From NCBI RefSeq assembly GCF_009914755.1, contig NC_060926.1: a stretch of 64,000 bases of DNA, one strand, 5' to 3'. The notes below the pieces were generated by a model, which was not told the DNA's origin, did not search any database, and was given only the letters and a program-made list of their open reading frames with translations. The position numbers and the translations under genes were made by a program. This DNA is from the human T2T-CHM13v2.0 reference genome, Homo sapiens. Of the stretch, positions 12,623 through 26,309 are shown one piece after another (within the stretch, counting starts at the first letter, position 1; every line of letters starts with the position of its first letter).

Positions 12623-15600
12623 GAACCTTGCTCTAGGCTGGTTCCTGGTGAGGAAGAGGAGCTGGGGATGGTGCTTTCAATGGTTAAAGGCATATTTACA
12701 CATTTGCACATGTGCCCGTCAGGTTCCAGTCCACAGTAGCAGCCACTTTAGCAACGTTCTCATAATCCTCAGTGGCACCTTCTTTAAAGCTTGTTATCAA
12801 CAATCCAACCAAAGCATCACATTCCAAATTTAACTTTAACCTGCCCTTGAAATTTCATCCTTAGAAAGTCTTTCTAGAATGGAGATGAAAACCTCTTCTG
12901 TGTCTAAATACGACAAACCCATGCCTGATTTGCCTGTTCTCACCATGGTCATTTCCATATTTAAGCTGTGAATATTGAGTTCTGTCTGCTATCAGCTGTG
13001 GCTCCCCATGCCTGTTCTCTGAATGTAGGTCTTGCTAGAACAAAAAGGGTAAAGGTTGTTATTCCTGGATGGCAGATCTATGTAACCACCAGTGTGGTGC
13101 CACCAGATAGACAATGAATGAATGTGTTTGGACAATAATATAACCTGCAGCACACACTCTGATCATAGGGGCCTAGCTTCTCTTTTGCATTAAGCCTCAG
13201 GTATTCTTTGATCAAGTGTGTGGTCAAGTCTTTGTAAGTTTACTTTGGGGCCTTAGCAGTATACCCAAACAGATTGTTGCCAAAATCACACATGGTATGA
13301 GCCTATTTAGGTATTATCTAACAGAACTCTAATGGGCAACAATTATGTAGACAGTTACTTGTCATCTATTAAATCAGTGTATTTTCTATAGGTTTTTAAA
13401 TAGTGCTTCATTTGTAATTAAACTGTATTTTAACATATCCCCTCAAAAAGGGTAAATTTGAGTAATGCACTATGGAAATGGTAAGGAGATTCAGATTAAT
13501 TAGGAAATGATTAATTCAGATTAATTAGGAAATACCCTAATTCATGCATGGACCCGCTCTTGGGGGTCTAGGTGAGAGACCTAGCTGTCTCTCACCTGTC
13601 CATCTTCAACACACACATCACACTCATGTCCTTCTCCTGGACATGTCTCTTCCCCAAAACAGGCAATGTTAGCAAAAGCCAAAGGCAAACTCATTTTAAT
13701 TAACTAAACCTACTAAAAAGCAAAGCTGGCAGGCATTTGTAGTCCTGATTGACTAAACAGGAGGAAGTGTTACTCTGGTAGTCTGATTGGAGCATGACTT
13801 TGAAGGGGATAAGGTTCTCAATTGTCAAGTCTTTAAACTGGACTGCCATTTTAGAGGCTTTTACTGTTCCTTGTCAACATATGTGTTTGGCTTGTTTCAA
13901 AAAGACACTGCATTAGTTGTATACAAGGGATTCCTAAAATAACCAAGGGAGTGACCTAAGAGAGACAACCAGCTAGTGTTCCCATAGGATTTTTCTCCTG
14001 AAACTGAAGTTACAAATCTCTTCTCTTCCATTTTTCACCTATCAGTCGATCCCTGTTATCACCAGAGGCCAGATGGATAGTTCTGGGGATTGTCTTCCTT
14101 GAGTTGTGAGCTGAAATGCAGACTTTAAATACAGGGTTTTAAGATGTTAGGGAGGAAAGCGACATTGATTTATTTGTTCTGTTCCCTGCCAGCCTGAGAA
14201 ACCTGTCCCGCCAGGTAATGAACAACTGTTCTTATCCTAACTAGCAACTTCAAGAGAACGATTACTCATCCCATCATTACCACTCCCCCTGAGTCATCCA
14301 GGCTGGTACATTTTGGTTTCCACTGAATAAAAATCTCCAGGCAATGGGAGTCTAGGGCCAAGGTTTCTGTTTAGTAATATGAATTATATAAATGTGCCTT
14401 GGACATGGAAGCTGTGGATCCTTCTGGAAAGATATTTCATAGGCCCAGGTCTTCAGCCATGTCTCTATTTGAAAAATTGTATTGGTCAGTATTGCCAAAA
14501 GTGGCCATCTTAATGGTCAGTACAGAATGATACAGCTAATCTGGTTGATCACAAGGGCAAAGATACAGCTATGAAAATGGATAGTTATTTGCCTGTACCT
14601 CTTGCTTGTAATTTCATAGTCATGTTGCATGTTAACCACTCAGTATTCATGGGGGATTTTAGTAAACCTTTTTTCAGGCCTTGTTCTTGTGACAGTGCTG
14701 AGAGGGCTTTCACACTTGACATATGCCATCATAGATGAGGACTATTGAAAGGCAGCTGGAGTCATTTCCATTTTACAAATACCATCTGTCTTCTATCACG
14801 TCACTGTTCTCTGTGCTATATTCTGTTCTCTGTGCTATGTCCTGTTGTGCCTGATTTGGGAGACAAATGTGAGACTGGATTGTCCTGGATTAAATTTGGA
14901 TGTATGGGTAGTTATAGAAATCAATATTGATAGGCATGTGTGTTCAGTTCATTTCAAGGTTTAGTTTATTTCAAAAGTCTTAATATTTATATTTATTACA
15001 GATCTAGAGACACATAGCTTTGAGTAGGAGCTGTATTTTGAAACATTATGGTTTATGGGAAAACCTGGCATGTAGAAAATCAAAAGAAAGTACTCAAGGC
15101 AGAATGCTGAATGTAAGTTTGTGGGTTAATAGAAAATCCTACCTTTTTTCTACAAATTCCCAACTAATCCTTCCTAGGTTTAAATAAAACCAACAGTCAC
15201 TATTCTAACAGCTATTCTGTCACCTTTCTTTGTCTTCAGGCACTTGAAATACATCATTAAACAACACAGAATTAATCCCAGGCCCTTTAGACTTTATACA
15301 GAGCTTCTTGGGGCAGGAACTTTATCTTCTTCATCTTGAATCCTGAGAACTAAGAAAAATAAATGTTTTATAAGCAGGCATGTATGAAATAATTAGTAGC
15401 TGTGAAAATAAAACAAGTGGTGATCCTGAAGCCCTGGCAGTTTGACAGCATGTCCTGTCGGGTCAGTGTGAGATAGGACCTGGTTGCAGGTGGGAGCAGC
15501 CACTCTGGGACTCTCAGATAAGGCCTGAATGGAAAGGCAATAATGTGTGCCCGGGAGCAGATTGACTTTACCATTGCCTGCGATTCCTGTGTGAAATAGG

Positions 15601-16377
15601 AAGGCTCAACCCAGGCAAATGCTAAGGAAGCAACACCAAGTCTTTTATTACTGTCCACAACATTTATAGCCAAGTCCTATTCCATGCCCTTCTCCTTGAG
15701 GCATTCTGACAGTCATTTTAATGATTTATTTTCTTTTTCATTATCAAAAAACAAATAAAATATTTTATTACCTTTTGTGTAGACTTGATGTCTTTCTCTT
15801 CATTTCATCAGTATCTGGGTCTGCAAAATTCCCCTTCCCTTTCAATTTTTATAACTCAAGGATAGGAATTCTGTTTTTCTCATTCCTTACGTGAGAGCTC
15901 TTTTTTGAAGTCTGATTTTTTTTTTTTTTGATCCTATATCCCCAGCCTATTTTCTTGTTGTTACTTTATATCTGTGAGTGGGATAGGTGGAGAGGAAAGG
16001 AGTATATGGAAAGGGGGACTCAAGAAAGGCCACATCTTTACAATAACATATGGATGGCAGGGAAAGGTTTTGAATAAGAAAAACATTTTTTCAATGCTCT
16101 TCTCCACTATTTAAAGATGTAAGAACATTGGCGCTATGCTGCTGAAGATGTTCTGTTGGTTTAGGGAGAAAACACTCTACTACTGAAATTTGCTCTGTGA
16201 TTTCTTTCCTAGGATCTACAATAAAAACCAATGATCTATGTGAGAGCCCATGGCATTGTGATTCCCCTCCATCCTGAATTGCATGTCTTCAATTCAAGCA
16301 CCCTGCTTTGTGGCTCCCAGGCCCCTGGTTTCTACCCTCTGCCCTTTTGGCTCATTTCCTCATTTTCCGTATGCCTC

Positions 16378-16747
16378 TGTATTAGTTTGTTATCATGCTG
16401 CTACTAAAGATATACTGAGACTGGGTAATTTACAAAGGAAAGAGGTTTAATTGACTCACAGTTCAGCATGGCTGGGGAGGCCTCAGGAAACTTACAATCA
16501 TGGCAGAAGGGGAAGCAAACATGTCCTTCTTCACATGGCGGCAGGAAGAAGAAGAATGAGCAAAAGGGGGAGAAGCCCCTTATAAACTTATTAGACCGTA
16601 TGAGAATTCACTCACTATCACAAGAATAGCAGCATGGGGATAGCCACCCCCGTGATTCAATTACCTTCTACTGGGTCTCTCCCATGTCATGTGAGGATTA
16701 TGGAAACTACAATGAGATTTGGGTGGGGACACAGCCAAACCATATCA
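16378..16747 (-). mobile_element. THE1 (C/D-like) MaLR solo LTR
   Basis: tgtattagt...gaggcctcaggaaacttacaatcatggcagaagg...cagccaaaccatatca; 5-bp TSD gcctc/ccctc. Confidence 0.92.
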
Positions 16748-16997
16748 CCCTCCTTACATTAAGGTATCAGCAGCAGGATCTCCTCCTTCAGACCAGTCAT
16801 CATGGGCTTCAAAACCTACCCGACCACATGCGTGGATTTGTAAGGGCAAAGCTCTTCTTGGAGAGGTGATTTCAGGTCAGAGTTGATGCAGGATGAGATT
16901 ATGCCTTGTTCAGTGGTACAACCAGGACATCTGTTCTGTGGACCTCCTAATCAGAACTGGATGTACTATTCCAATGGTGATCACACTCATCATGATG

Positions 16998-17481
16998 GTC
17001 TGGGATGCCCAGATAGTTAGTAAAACATTATTTCTGGGTGTGTCTGTGAGGATGTTTCTAGAAGAGATGAGCTAAACTTTAATTGGTAGATGGCCCTCTT
17101 CTATGTAGGTGGGTACTGTCCAATCCATTAAGGGCCTGAACAGAACGAAAAGGCAGAGGAGGATTGAATTAGCTCTCTCTGCCTGACTGCTTGAGCTGAG
17201 ACATGGATGTTCTGCCTTCAGTGCTCCTGGTTCTCAGGCCTTCAGACTCTGACTGGAATCAACACCATTAGCTCCCAGCTCTCCAGGTCTTCAAACTATA
17301 CCACCAGCTTGCAGATGGGGCTTTTTGGCCTTTCTAATATCATAAGCCAATACCTTTTAATAAGCATATATATATATATATGCGCTTATATATATGTGTG
17401 TGTACATATATGTATATATATTCACATATTTATATATATGTTCTATGGGTTGAATTTCTCTGGAAAAACCTGACTAATACA
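16998..17481 (+). mobile_element. MLT2-like ERVL LTR (5'-truncated) with (TA/TG)n
   Basis: gatgcccagatag..taaaacattatttctgggtgtgtctgtgagg; ends tctggaaaaacctgactaataca. Confidence 0.85.
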
Positions 17482-18300
17482 ATCGTGAAGAAGAATTTTG
17501 TTTGATTCAGGATGAGGTTCAGTTGTGCATTAGTTTCTTTAAGCAGCAGCACTATTACTGTGTTTTTTTTTAAAAAAAAGACATGGTGTTTGTAATTACT
17601 TATAATTCATATAGACGAATTGCTAACTAGCAAGGTCTTGGTTATTCTTTGCCCGTTCTGTTGATTATTTGAACCATAAGTTTATATTTAACATCTTGTT
17701 GATTTCAGCTTGATGCTTTAGTCTGTCAGGCCTTTTTTTTTTTTTTTTTTTGCATCTTGATTCTGCTATGAAACATAGTAGCTGCCATTCCTGGCTTTGT
17801 GCCATCAGTAAGTTTGATAAAATGTCTTCTTATCTTCATTCAAGTAATTCATTCATTCAAGTAATTGATAAAAATGTTAACTACAATAAATGACAGAGTT
17901 CCGCAGGATACTATTAGCACATTTAGGGTTGAGACTCATCTATTAAAAAAATTATTTGGCAGCTTATAATTTGCTATCATTTCCCTAAGGATAGAATATT
18001 CTATTTATTGCTTTGCCAAAATCTAGGTTGTGTATGGAACTCTACTGATGTAATATCTTGTAACCATGTCACAAAAGAAGGGAGATTTGTTTGGCTTGAC
18101 TTTACGTTATGATACACATCCTGGACCTAACTAATCACTTCCTTTTTTTTCTGTTTGCTTACAAACCAGCTACTTATCTGCACATTAATCTACACCTTTA
18201 TTTATTAATTCAGAGATTTGTTTATTTGTGAATGTTCAGTGTCATGTCTAGTACTCAGTTTACAAGACATGGTTCCTGCTTTCAGAAACCTTATAGTCTA

Positions 18301-19158
18301 ATTCTGTGAAGAATGTCAATGATAGTTTAATGGGAATAGTATTGAATCTATAAATTGCTTTGGGCAGTACGGCCATTTTCACAATATTGATGCCTCCTTT
18401 CCATGACCATGGAATGTTTTTCCATTTATTTGTGTCATCTCTGATTTCTTTGAGCAGTGGTTTGTAGTTCTCATTGAAGAGGTCCTTCACTTCCCTTATT
18501 AGCTGTATTCCTAGATATTTTATTCTTTTTGTGGCAATCGTGAATGGGAGTTCATTCATGATTTGGCTCTCAGCTTGGTGTAAAGGAATGCTTGTGCTTT
18601 TTGCACATTGATTTTGCATCCTGAGAATTTGCTGAAGTTGCTTATCAGCTAAAGAAGCTTTTGGGCTGAGATGATGGTGTTTTCTAGAAAAAGGATTGTG
18701 TCATCTGCCAACAAAGATAGTTTGATATCCTCCCTTCCTATTTGAATACCATTTATTTCTCTCTCTTGCCTGATTGCCCTGGCCAGAACTTCCAATACTA
18801 TGTTAAATAGGAGTGGTGAGAGAGGGCATCCTTGTCTTGTGCTAGTTTTCAAAGAGAATGCTTCCAGCTTTTGCCCATTCAGTATGATATTGGCTGTGGG
18901 TTTGTCATATATGGCTCTTATTGTTTTGAGATATGGTCCTTTAATACCTAGTTTATTGAGAGTTTTTAACATGAAGGATGTTGAATTTTATCAAAGGCCT
19001 TTTCTGCATCTATTGAGATAACCATGTAGTTTTTGTCTTTAGTTCTGTTTATATGATGAATCGCATTAATTGATTTGTGTATGTTGAACCAACCTTGCAT
19101 CCTAGGGATGAAGTCTGTTGTTCGTGGTGGATTAGCTTTTTGATGTGCTGCTGGATTC
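18301..19158 (-). mobile_element. L1PA/PB ORF2 (reverse transcriptase) fragment, inverted part of a 5'-inverted insertion; frameshifted
   Basis: ORFs 18649..18972 and 18260..18619 give L1 RT peptides ([40 protein letters not shown]). Confidence 0.95.
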
Positions 19159-19345
19159 CTGTCAGAGGTTGGGGGGGTGGGAGGAGGGAGAGAATCAGGA
19201 AGAATATGGATACTGGGCTTAATACCTTATGAATGGATGATCTGTGCCGCAAACCACCATGGCACACGTTTACCTGTGTAACAAACCTGCACATCCTGCA
19301 CATGTACCCCTGAACCTAAGATAAGAGTTGGAAATAAAAAAAAAT
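19159..19345 (+). mobile_element. L1 3' UTR end and poly(A), non-inverted part of the same insertion
   Basis: G-rich tract, then caccatggcacacgtttacctgtgtaacaaacctgcacatcctgcacatgtacccctgaac, aataaa and A tail. TSD ttatagtcta at 18291-18300 and 19346-19355. Confidence 0.92.
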
Positions 19346-19402
19346 TTATAGTCTAGTGAAGGGAAGAGATATATAATTATAATACTCTGTGAATAATCTC
19401 TT

Positions 19403-19405
<3 letters not shown>

Positions 19406-19473
<68 letters not shown>
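19406..19473. repeat. Compound (CT)n(GT)n microsatellite
   Basis: Directly visible. Confidence 0.97.
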
Positions 19474-19476
<3 letters not shown>

Positions 19477-20668
19477 TCAGGTGTCACTTAATGACAAGAA
19501 TATATTCTGATAAATGCATCATTAAGGCATTTCATCATTGTGCAAACATCATAGAGTGCACTCACACAAACCTAGATGGTACAACCTACGATACTCCCAT
19601 GCTATATGTTATAGCCTATTCCTCCTAGGGCTACAATCCTATACAGCATGTTACTCTACTGAATACTGTGGGAAGCTGTAACACAGTGGAAAGTATTTGG
19701 GCATCCAAATATATCTAAACATGAAAGAAGTACAATAAAAATACTGTATGAAAGATAAAAAATGGTACACCTGTATAGGGCATTTACCATGAATAGAACT
19801 TGCAGGACTGGAAGTTGCTCTGGGTGAGTGAGTGAGTGGTAAGTGAATGTGAAGGCCTGGGACATTACTGTAGACTTTAAAAACACTATACTTAGGCTAC
19901 ACTAAATTTATTAAAAATATTTTTCTTTTTTTATTAACTAATTTTAGTTTACTGTAACTCTTTATAAACTGAAAGATTTTTAACTTTTTCACAGTTAAGT
20001 AATAACATTTAGCTTAAAACACATTTTGCAGATATACAAAAATATTTTTTCTTTACATCCTTATTCTATCAGCCTTTTTTCTATTTTTAAAATTTTTAAT
20101 TTTTAATTTTTTTTTTTTTTTTACTTTTTAAACTTTTGTCTTAAAAACTAAGACACAAACACACACATTAGCCTAAGCCTACACAGGGTCAGGATCATCA
20201 ATATCACTGTCTTCCACCTCCACATCTTGTCCCACTGGAAGGTCTTCAGGGGCAATAACATGCATGGAGCTGACATCTCCTATGATAACAATGCTTTCTT
20301 CTGGAATACCTCCTGAAGGACCTGTCTGAGGCTGTATACAGTTCACTTTTTAAAACAAATAAATAAAAGTATACTCTAAAATAATAATAAAATATAGTAA
20401 ATACATCAGCCAGTAACATAGTCATTTATTATCAGGTATTATGTACTATACTTAATTGTCTGTGCTATAGCTTTATACAACAAGCAGCACAGTAAGTTTG
20501 TTTATACCAGCATCACCACAAACATGTTAGCAATGCACTGTGCTATGATGTTATGACTATGAAGTCAATAAGGGATAGGAATTTTTCAGCTCCATTCTCA
20601 TCTTGTAGGACCACTGTTGTGTATGCTGTTCATCCTTGACTAAAACATCATTATGCGGCATGTGACTG
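19474..20668 (+). mobile_element. Tigger3b/Golem-type non-autonomous TcMar DNA transposon
   Basis: Degenerate TIRs tagtcaggtgtcacttaatgac / atcattatgcggcatgtgactg followed by TA; internal gcaaacatcatagagtg..cacaaacctagatggta; about 1.2 kb. Confidence 0.85.
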
Positions 20669-22274
20669 TATGTGCGTGTGTGCACACAGATGTGTGTGTT
20701 TGTGTTACTTGTATAATAAAGATGGAGTTTTATAAACATAAAAGAGTAAATAATACCTAGTAAAGATGTGTCCAAGAGAGCAGACAACCACCTGGTGAGC
20801 TCAGGACAAGTTAAGTAAAATTTGAGCTGGGCCTTACAGAATAAGGAGTCGATCATTAGTTTCAGAAAGTGTGGCAGGGTATTGCAAGAAAGGAATAAAA
20901 CCTCCATTGATAAGTTGTCTGGAGCTGGACTCCAGATGCCTGCAAAGACCCCTCTGCCTGCCCCCATGACATCCTAACCCCTGACCTGTGGCTTGTACTT
21001 GGTCATGTTATCTACTGACTTTCTTGCCCTTTCCTCAACCATTTGATTCACAGACTTCCAAACTGTGTCTGATGTTTTACTTTGGTGGGGCCTTCAGGCT
21101 AAACAGGTGACTACAGGCAGTTGATAAGACCTGCCTGAGGGCCATCTATATGCTAGCATGGTAGCCACCCCAAAGACTACAGAAGGCAGTGGATTTGGTT
21201 CTAAAAGACGTCCCATGCAGCCATATAGAATGCATACCTGACAAACTTTAAAATTAGAGTAGCAGCTATGCTTTAAACCAATAATAACTCTGCTAAAAAG
21301 TGCCTCTCCCCATACACACACCCACCATCCCCATGTCCCTGGTCATCTAAACATCCTCACTTTGAAATGTCTTACCTGCTTTCATCCTCAGTTGAATTGT
21401 TTATGAAGATTTGAAGTGGATCAATTCAGCTGTGTTTGCATTCTGTAGGGCATGAAAAATGGTGTTTCAGTTATTATTGTGGTGAACTGAGGAACCAAAT
21501 GCGCAGTCTGGGTTTTTAGATTGCAGGTGGAATTGGCAGCATCTGTGGTTAGAGAAATGGCCCCCAAACACGTGAACTGGGTAAATTTGATTAGCGTTGC
21601 ATGGAGAGAGCCTGGAACATCCCAATGCCATTCTTCAAATGCATTTCCAGCTACTCATTTGGTGGGGAAATGCTTTTATTTTTCCATTGTTGGATCTCTG
21701 TTTCCATCAAATATGTAGCCATGTGGCTAAGGTGGTAACTAACAAAGCTGGCTGGGGTTATGTTTTTAGTATCTTGGCAGTAAAGAGAGATGTTTATTTG
21801 GTTACCTTAGCTCTGCTCCCATTTGGCTATTTCCTTCTGTCTCTTATTCCCCTTCACTTTGTTTCTTTGGCAGCCAGTAGCATTGCTCTTTGTAAAGAAA
21901 ATGGATGTAAATTACCAGGGGAAATGAAACAACTCATACATTGATTTTTGGCTTAGAGGCCCGACATTTTGGGAGTCAACAGCAGGATGCTTTGCTTTGG
22001 GATCTGTAAGGGATTGGAGTAGATGGCTAATGCTCTGTGGGCAAATCTCATGCCTGCCAGGTGCTTCTTCATTATCCCTTCCATGCAATGAGCAACTTTA
22101 GCAGGCGATGTGCAGAGACTGTTTATAGGACTGATGGTGGTTCACGAAATCTGCTGCCCAAACAAGAGAGCTCAAACTGCATCTTCTCCTTACACAACCT
22201 GGCACTGTATCCCTTCTGCAAGAGTTTTTTTTTTTTTTTTTTTGTACTATTGAAAGTGAATAGAACTGGAAGTA

Positions 22275-22470
22275 AGGTAATGTTTATTGAGCACTTATTA
22301 TATGCTAGGCATTGTAAAACACACTTTGTACTTAATTAATGTAATTTTCACTGTATTTTTTATAATTTACTCTGTACTATATCCCTAACATTTAAGTATT
22401 ACTGTCCTGATTTATAGAAGAGAAAATTGAGATTCCAAGAAGTATTTTTTTTTTCAGGTTAAACAGTTCC
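22275..22470 (-). mobile_element. MIR (degenerate)
   Basis: tttattgagcacttattatatgctaggcattgt...atttatagaagagaaaattgag. Confidence 0.65.
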
Positions 22471-25400
22471 TAATAGTTCTTAAGTTGAGGATCTCAGAAA
22501 AATATCCTTGACTCCAATTAAATCTAAAATACACTAAGTCTTAAGACTAACTCGTGTTCCATTAGGGGCCAGAGGTTTAAATACTCAGGCTGAGAAGCAA
22601 TTAGGCTTCCAGCACAGCCTTTCCATGTGGATTCAGCATATAGACAGTGTCCATTGTTCTTTCCTCTATCGCCATCCAATAATGTCAGGGCTTTCATATT
22701 TAGTTTTCATCTTTTAGAAATTTATTTTAAAGTATTATAAAGACAACATCTTATCACCACTGTGATCTAGATGTCCGTGCAAAATTAACTAAAAGTCAGT
22801 TTCCTATCACTTTACTCCCCCCACCCCCGTGAAACTGAACAGTGCTACCTGAACATTCTGTCCTTTCAGCTGACAACAAACAACGAAGTGACGGAGGCCA
22901 TGCAGTGTGTAGTCCCTGTTCACAGAGCAGAGCCTGTCAAAGTCAAGGGACTCTGCATCTCCATCAACTTCAGACACTGGCAGCCTAACTCACCTTGCTT
23001 TTGAAATTTTGTTTTCCGTTAAACTTGAGAAATGCCTTTAATGCTTTCTTCCTGATACTAATACATTGTAGACATGATCTTCTAAGCCTAATGGCTGTTT
23101 TATGAGCTCCTGGAAACCAGTCAGTGGTATATATTCTTCTCTTTCTCAACAAATGATGCATCCCTGTACTTACTCTAGCCAGTGGGTCTTGTCAATAAAT
23201 CTGTCAAAGGCCAGGCCAGTCTGCACAAACATGCTCTCCACCTTCCCCGATGGAATGAGAGGCGGCCATTTAGAGCTTGGTGGGATGGAGATTGCTTTTT
23301 AAAATCAAGCTCAAGAATAAAAGTATATATCAATTTTCATTTCTGTCTACTACCGTCGTCATGAGATTACTTATTTTTCCTTCATTAGCCAATTTGTAGA
23401 TTGCCAAGTTTGGGAGTGGGGAAAGAAAGTCGCAGCGGTACACACTGACTTCAGAATCACCAACTAGCTGCAGGCAGGAGACGAGTGCATGCTGGCTGGC
23501 CTGCTCCCACCTCCCACAGTGATGCTGAAGTGCTAGTCCTTCAGGAGGAACCCAAAGGGAGGCTTGTGTATTGAGTTATCAGGCTGGGGACCTGAGAGCC
23601 TCAATTTCTCCTGGCATAATGATGAGTCTTCAACGTGAATTAGAAAGCTCTGCAGTTATGCAGATAATTTTCAGAGACGGCACACACAGTGTTTTAACCC
23701 TCAAACCAAGTCTACCAATCTCAGTAACTCTTAGTAGCTATCTGGCAGTGCCGATGACGATGATAAAATCTGTAGCCTTTATGTTGGTGAATTACTTATG
23801 ATGTATAGAGAGCTGTGTGACTTATTTTAAGGAGATTTTATATTCCTAACAGGGGTGATTAAAAAGACAGACTCTATAGCTCAGATCAGTATATGTGCCA
23901 CAAACGTGTTTTTCCATCCATATTTCTAACTGGGATGTTTCTGTTAGCAGTGTTGGTGAGTGCCTGAAGGTCATTTTGATTTATTATTTTTTAAACCAGG
24001 CATTCAGAATATCCAGGAGTTAATCAGTTCGCAGAGACCTGCTAATTCATAACTTACAGTCTCTTGCCACTAATGTCACTGCCAGCAAAGTCACAGTCCC
24101 CTCAGCATCCTCCATCTTGAAAGGGTGACGTGCCGCCCTGCCAGCGGAAAGCTTACCTGGCACTGTTGGTTTGTGTATCATCCACATTCTCCCCAGTTTT
24201 TCTAAATTAACAATAGGAAGCATAGCTGGTTTAGGAATTCTTTTAGTTAGATTAGGTAATTCACAAAACTGGTAGGAAATCGTTCAACCTAAGTTAAAAC
24301 CAAAACAGCCATATCTTCAGGAGACATTTTCTATAAAATTTTATCACTTTTATTTATTTTATTTTTCCTGACAATAATGAAAGGAAATGTCAGAAATGGA
24401 AAGTTTGTCCCTTTGTAACTGGCGAGAAACTGGGTTTGTGTTTGCCTAACTTTTCTCCTGGAAGATTTAATCAGTATTTGCTGTCAAAGAAGAGAAATGC
24501 TCTAGCATCTGCGAAGACACTTTGTCTGTCTCGATAAACATAGTTAAGGTGACGGTATGCCTTATGTGAAAAGGTGTGGGGAATACTTTTTTAGGATTCG
24601 AATACAAAAAGACAGATTTACTAGGGGCTCTACTGGGTTTTTTTCTCCCTAAACTTCCTGATTCAGCGGGCAGTGAAGGAGCTGGTACAATGTTATATGC
24701 TGTTATACAAGTGAAACCAGCTGGATTTAATGATTCCCTGCTTCTGGGTCATAATTCTTTGGTAACTGCGAGAATTCCAAACTTGCAGCACTTCTTTGTC
24801 TTTCCCAGGGCACAACAGCCCTTTTCTTAAGGTGGTTTTTGTTGGTGGTGGTGGAGGTGGATTTTTATTTTGTTTTGGCCTTAGTCTTAGCCCCCCAGAG
24901 GAGACTGAAGTGAGGAAAAAAAGAAATTATGAAGTGTTGAACTATGAATGAGTCAGAGGAAGTATTAACTAGACCCTCTTTCCTACTGGAAGCATCCTAA
25001 GCTTAATTTGTGGGCAGGAGGCTCAGCCCTGGAACAGGCTCCCGGTCTCACTTCTGGCGATCTGAGGCCCAGCCTCACTGCCTGTGGCCGGGAGCTGTGT
25101 CCTGATCCTTGATCCTGGCTGTGTGTGCTGTCCTGGTTAGGACATCTGAGAACCGGCTCTGCCACAGGCACAAAAAGGACCCGGAAAGAATCCTGGCCCT
25201 GGGGCTTCAAAGTACACGAACTGATTTTTGTTCTTTCAGTCCTCAGTTGCCCAATTTGATGTACTTTAAAAAGGCCTCTCAGTGGGCCTCACCTGCTCTG
25301 TGACCTTGGACCAGGCCCTGTACTTCTCTGGTCCTGCTTCCCAATCTGTCTGTGGCTGGGGATGGACTAGATTGTTGGCTTTTCAGATGTGTTAAGCTAT

Positions 25401-26309
25401 GGAAGCCTTTACCCAAATAAAATTTTGTCAAAGATCCTAAAAGGAGCAATTTTATAAAATCAAATCTATTCTCATTTAAATGGGGGTGAGGGACCCAGAG
25501 TACCTACCCCACACCCCTCTCAATTCCCCTTCATCTGTTGGAACTCCAGCAGGGTTGTGGGGCCCCCATCCATTCCAGTCTAATAATAGACTGGCTGAGT
25601 TCAGGAAGTCACATTAAATGGAGGCCTGAAAATGCAGGTAATTTTACCTTTGTTAATCCTGAATCCTGGAGACGGCGTATCTTATAGGTTTTAAGCGAAC
25701 CAACCTAAAATGGCTTAATCCATGTTAAGTTTGTAAACACCAAATCCCCTATCCCTTGTAGCCAGAGTCGTTCAGCTTTGCTGTTGTTCAGTGACATGAG
25801 ATGACAGATGCATCTGTGATGAATTCTGCCAGGATACCCACCTTAATATCTCAGAACTACATCAGGCCCCCAGCCACTCTCTGCTGGATTCCAGAAACCC
25901 AGACTCTTTGCCTCCCACCTTCCATCCCTTGAACCCATCTAGCACAGGAGAACACTGTATCAACTTCCTTAAACTTTGCATTGATCTTGGCAGTCTCCTT
26001 TGCAAAAAAGTCTCATTGCTTGAAAGACTCTAACTCAACTCCTGACTTTCTGAATCCTCCATGGATAATTCCATTTTCCTATCATACCCTGTTTTCCTTC
26101 TAATACACTTCCTTCTAATACATAATCCATTTCACGAAATCATTCTTCTAGTCTCTGCCTCTAAACCTGTGGTCATGCTCTTTGCCCCTGCCACTATTTG
26201 CCTTTCCCCATGAAAATCTTACATCCTATTTTTCATTCAACAATATCCTTTACAGTTCACCCTTCAAATTCTTCTTTCTTCTCCCTCCCATGGCAAGGAA
26301 AAGGCAGCA

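Noticed and set aside
12247-12739. Overlapping ORFs here and at the Alus near 28.3 and 41.6 kb
   Set aside because: Standard Alu-derived reading frames.
18260-18972. Reverse transcriptase ORFs as a functional RT or retron-like system
   Set aside because: They are frameshifted, truncated L1 ORF2 fragments inside a dead insertion.
22445-22465. polyT-cag|gttaaa as a recursive splice site (similar at about 10505 and 36080)
   Set aside because: The regenerated donors are poor matches to GTRAGT, and such motifs are frequent by chance.
26095-26123. Short direct repeats (also at about 1695, 17836, 48098, 56934 and 62258)
   Set aside because: Ordinary slippage microduplications with no shared motif.
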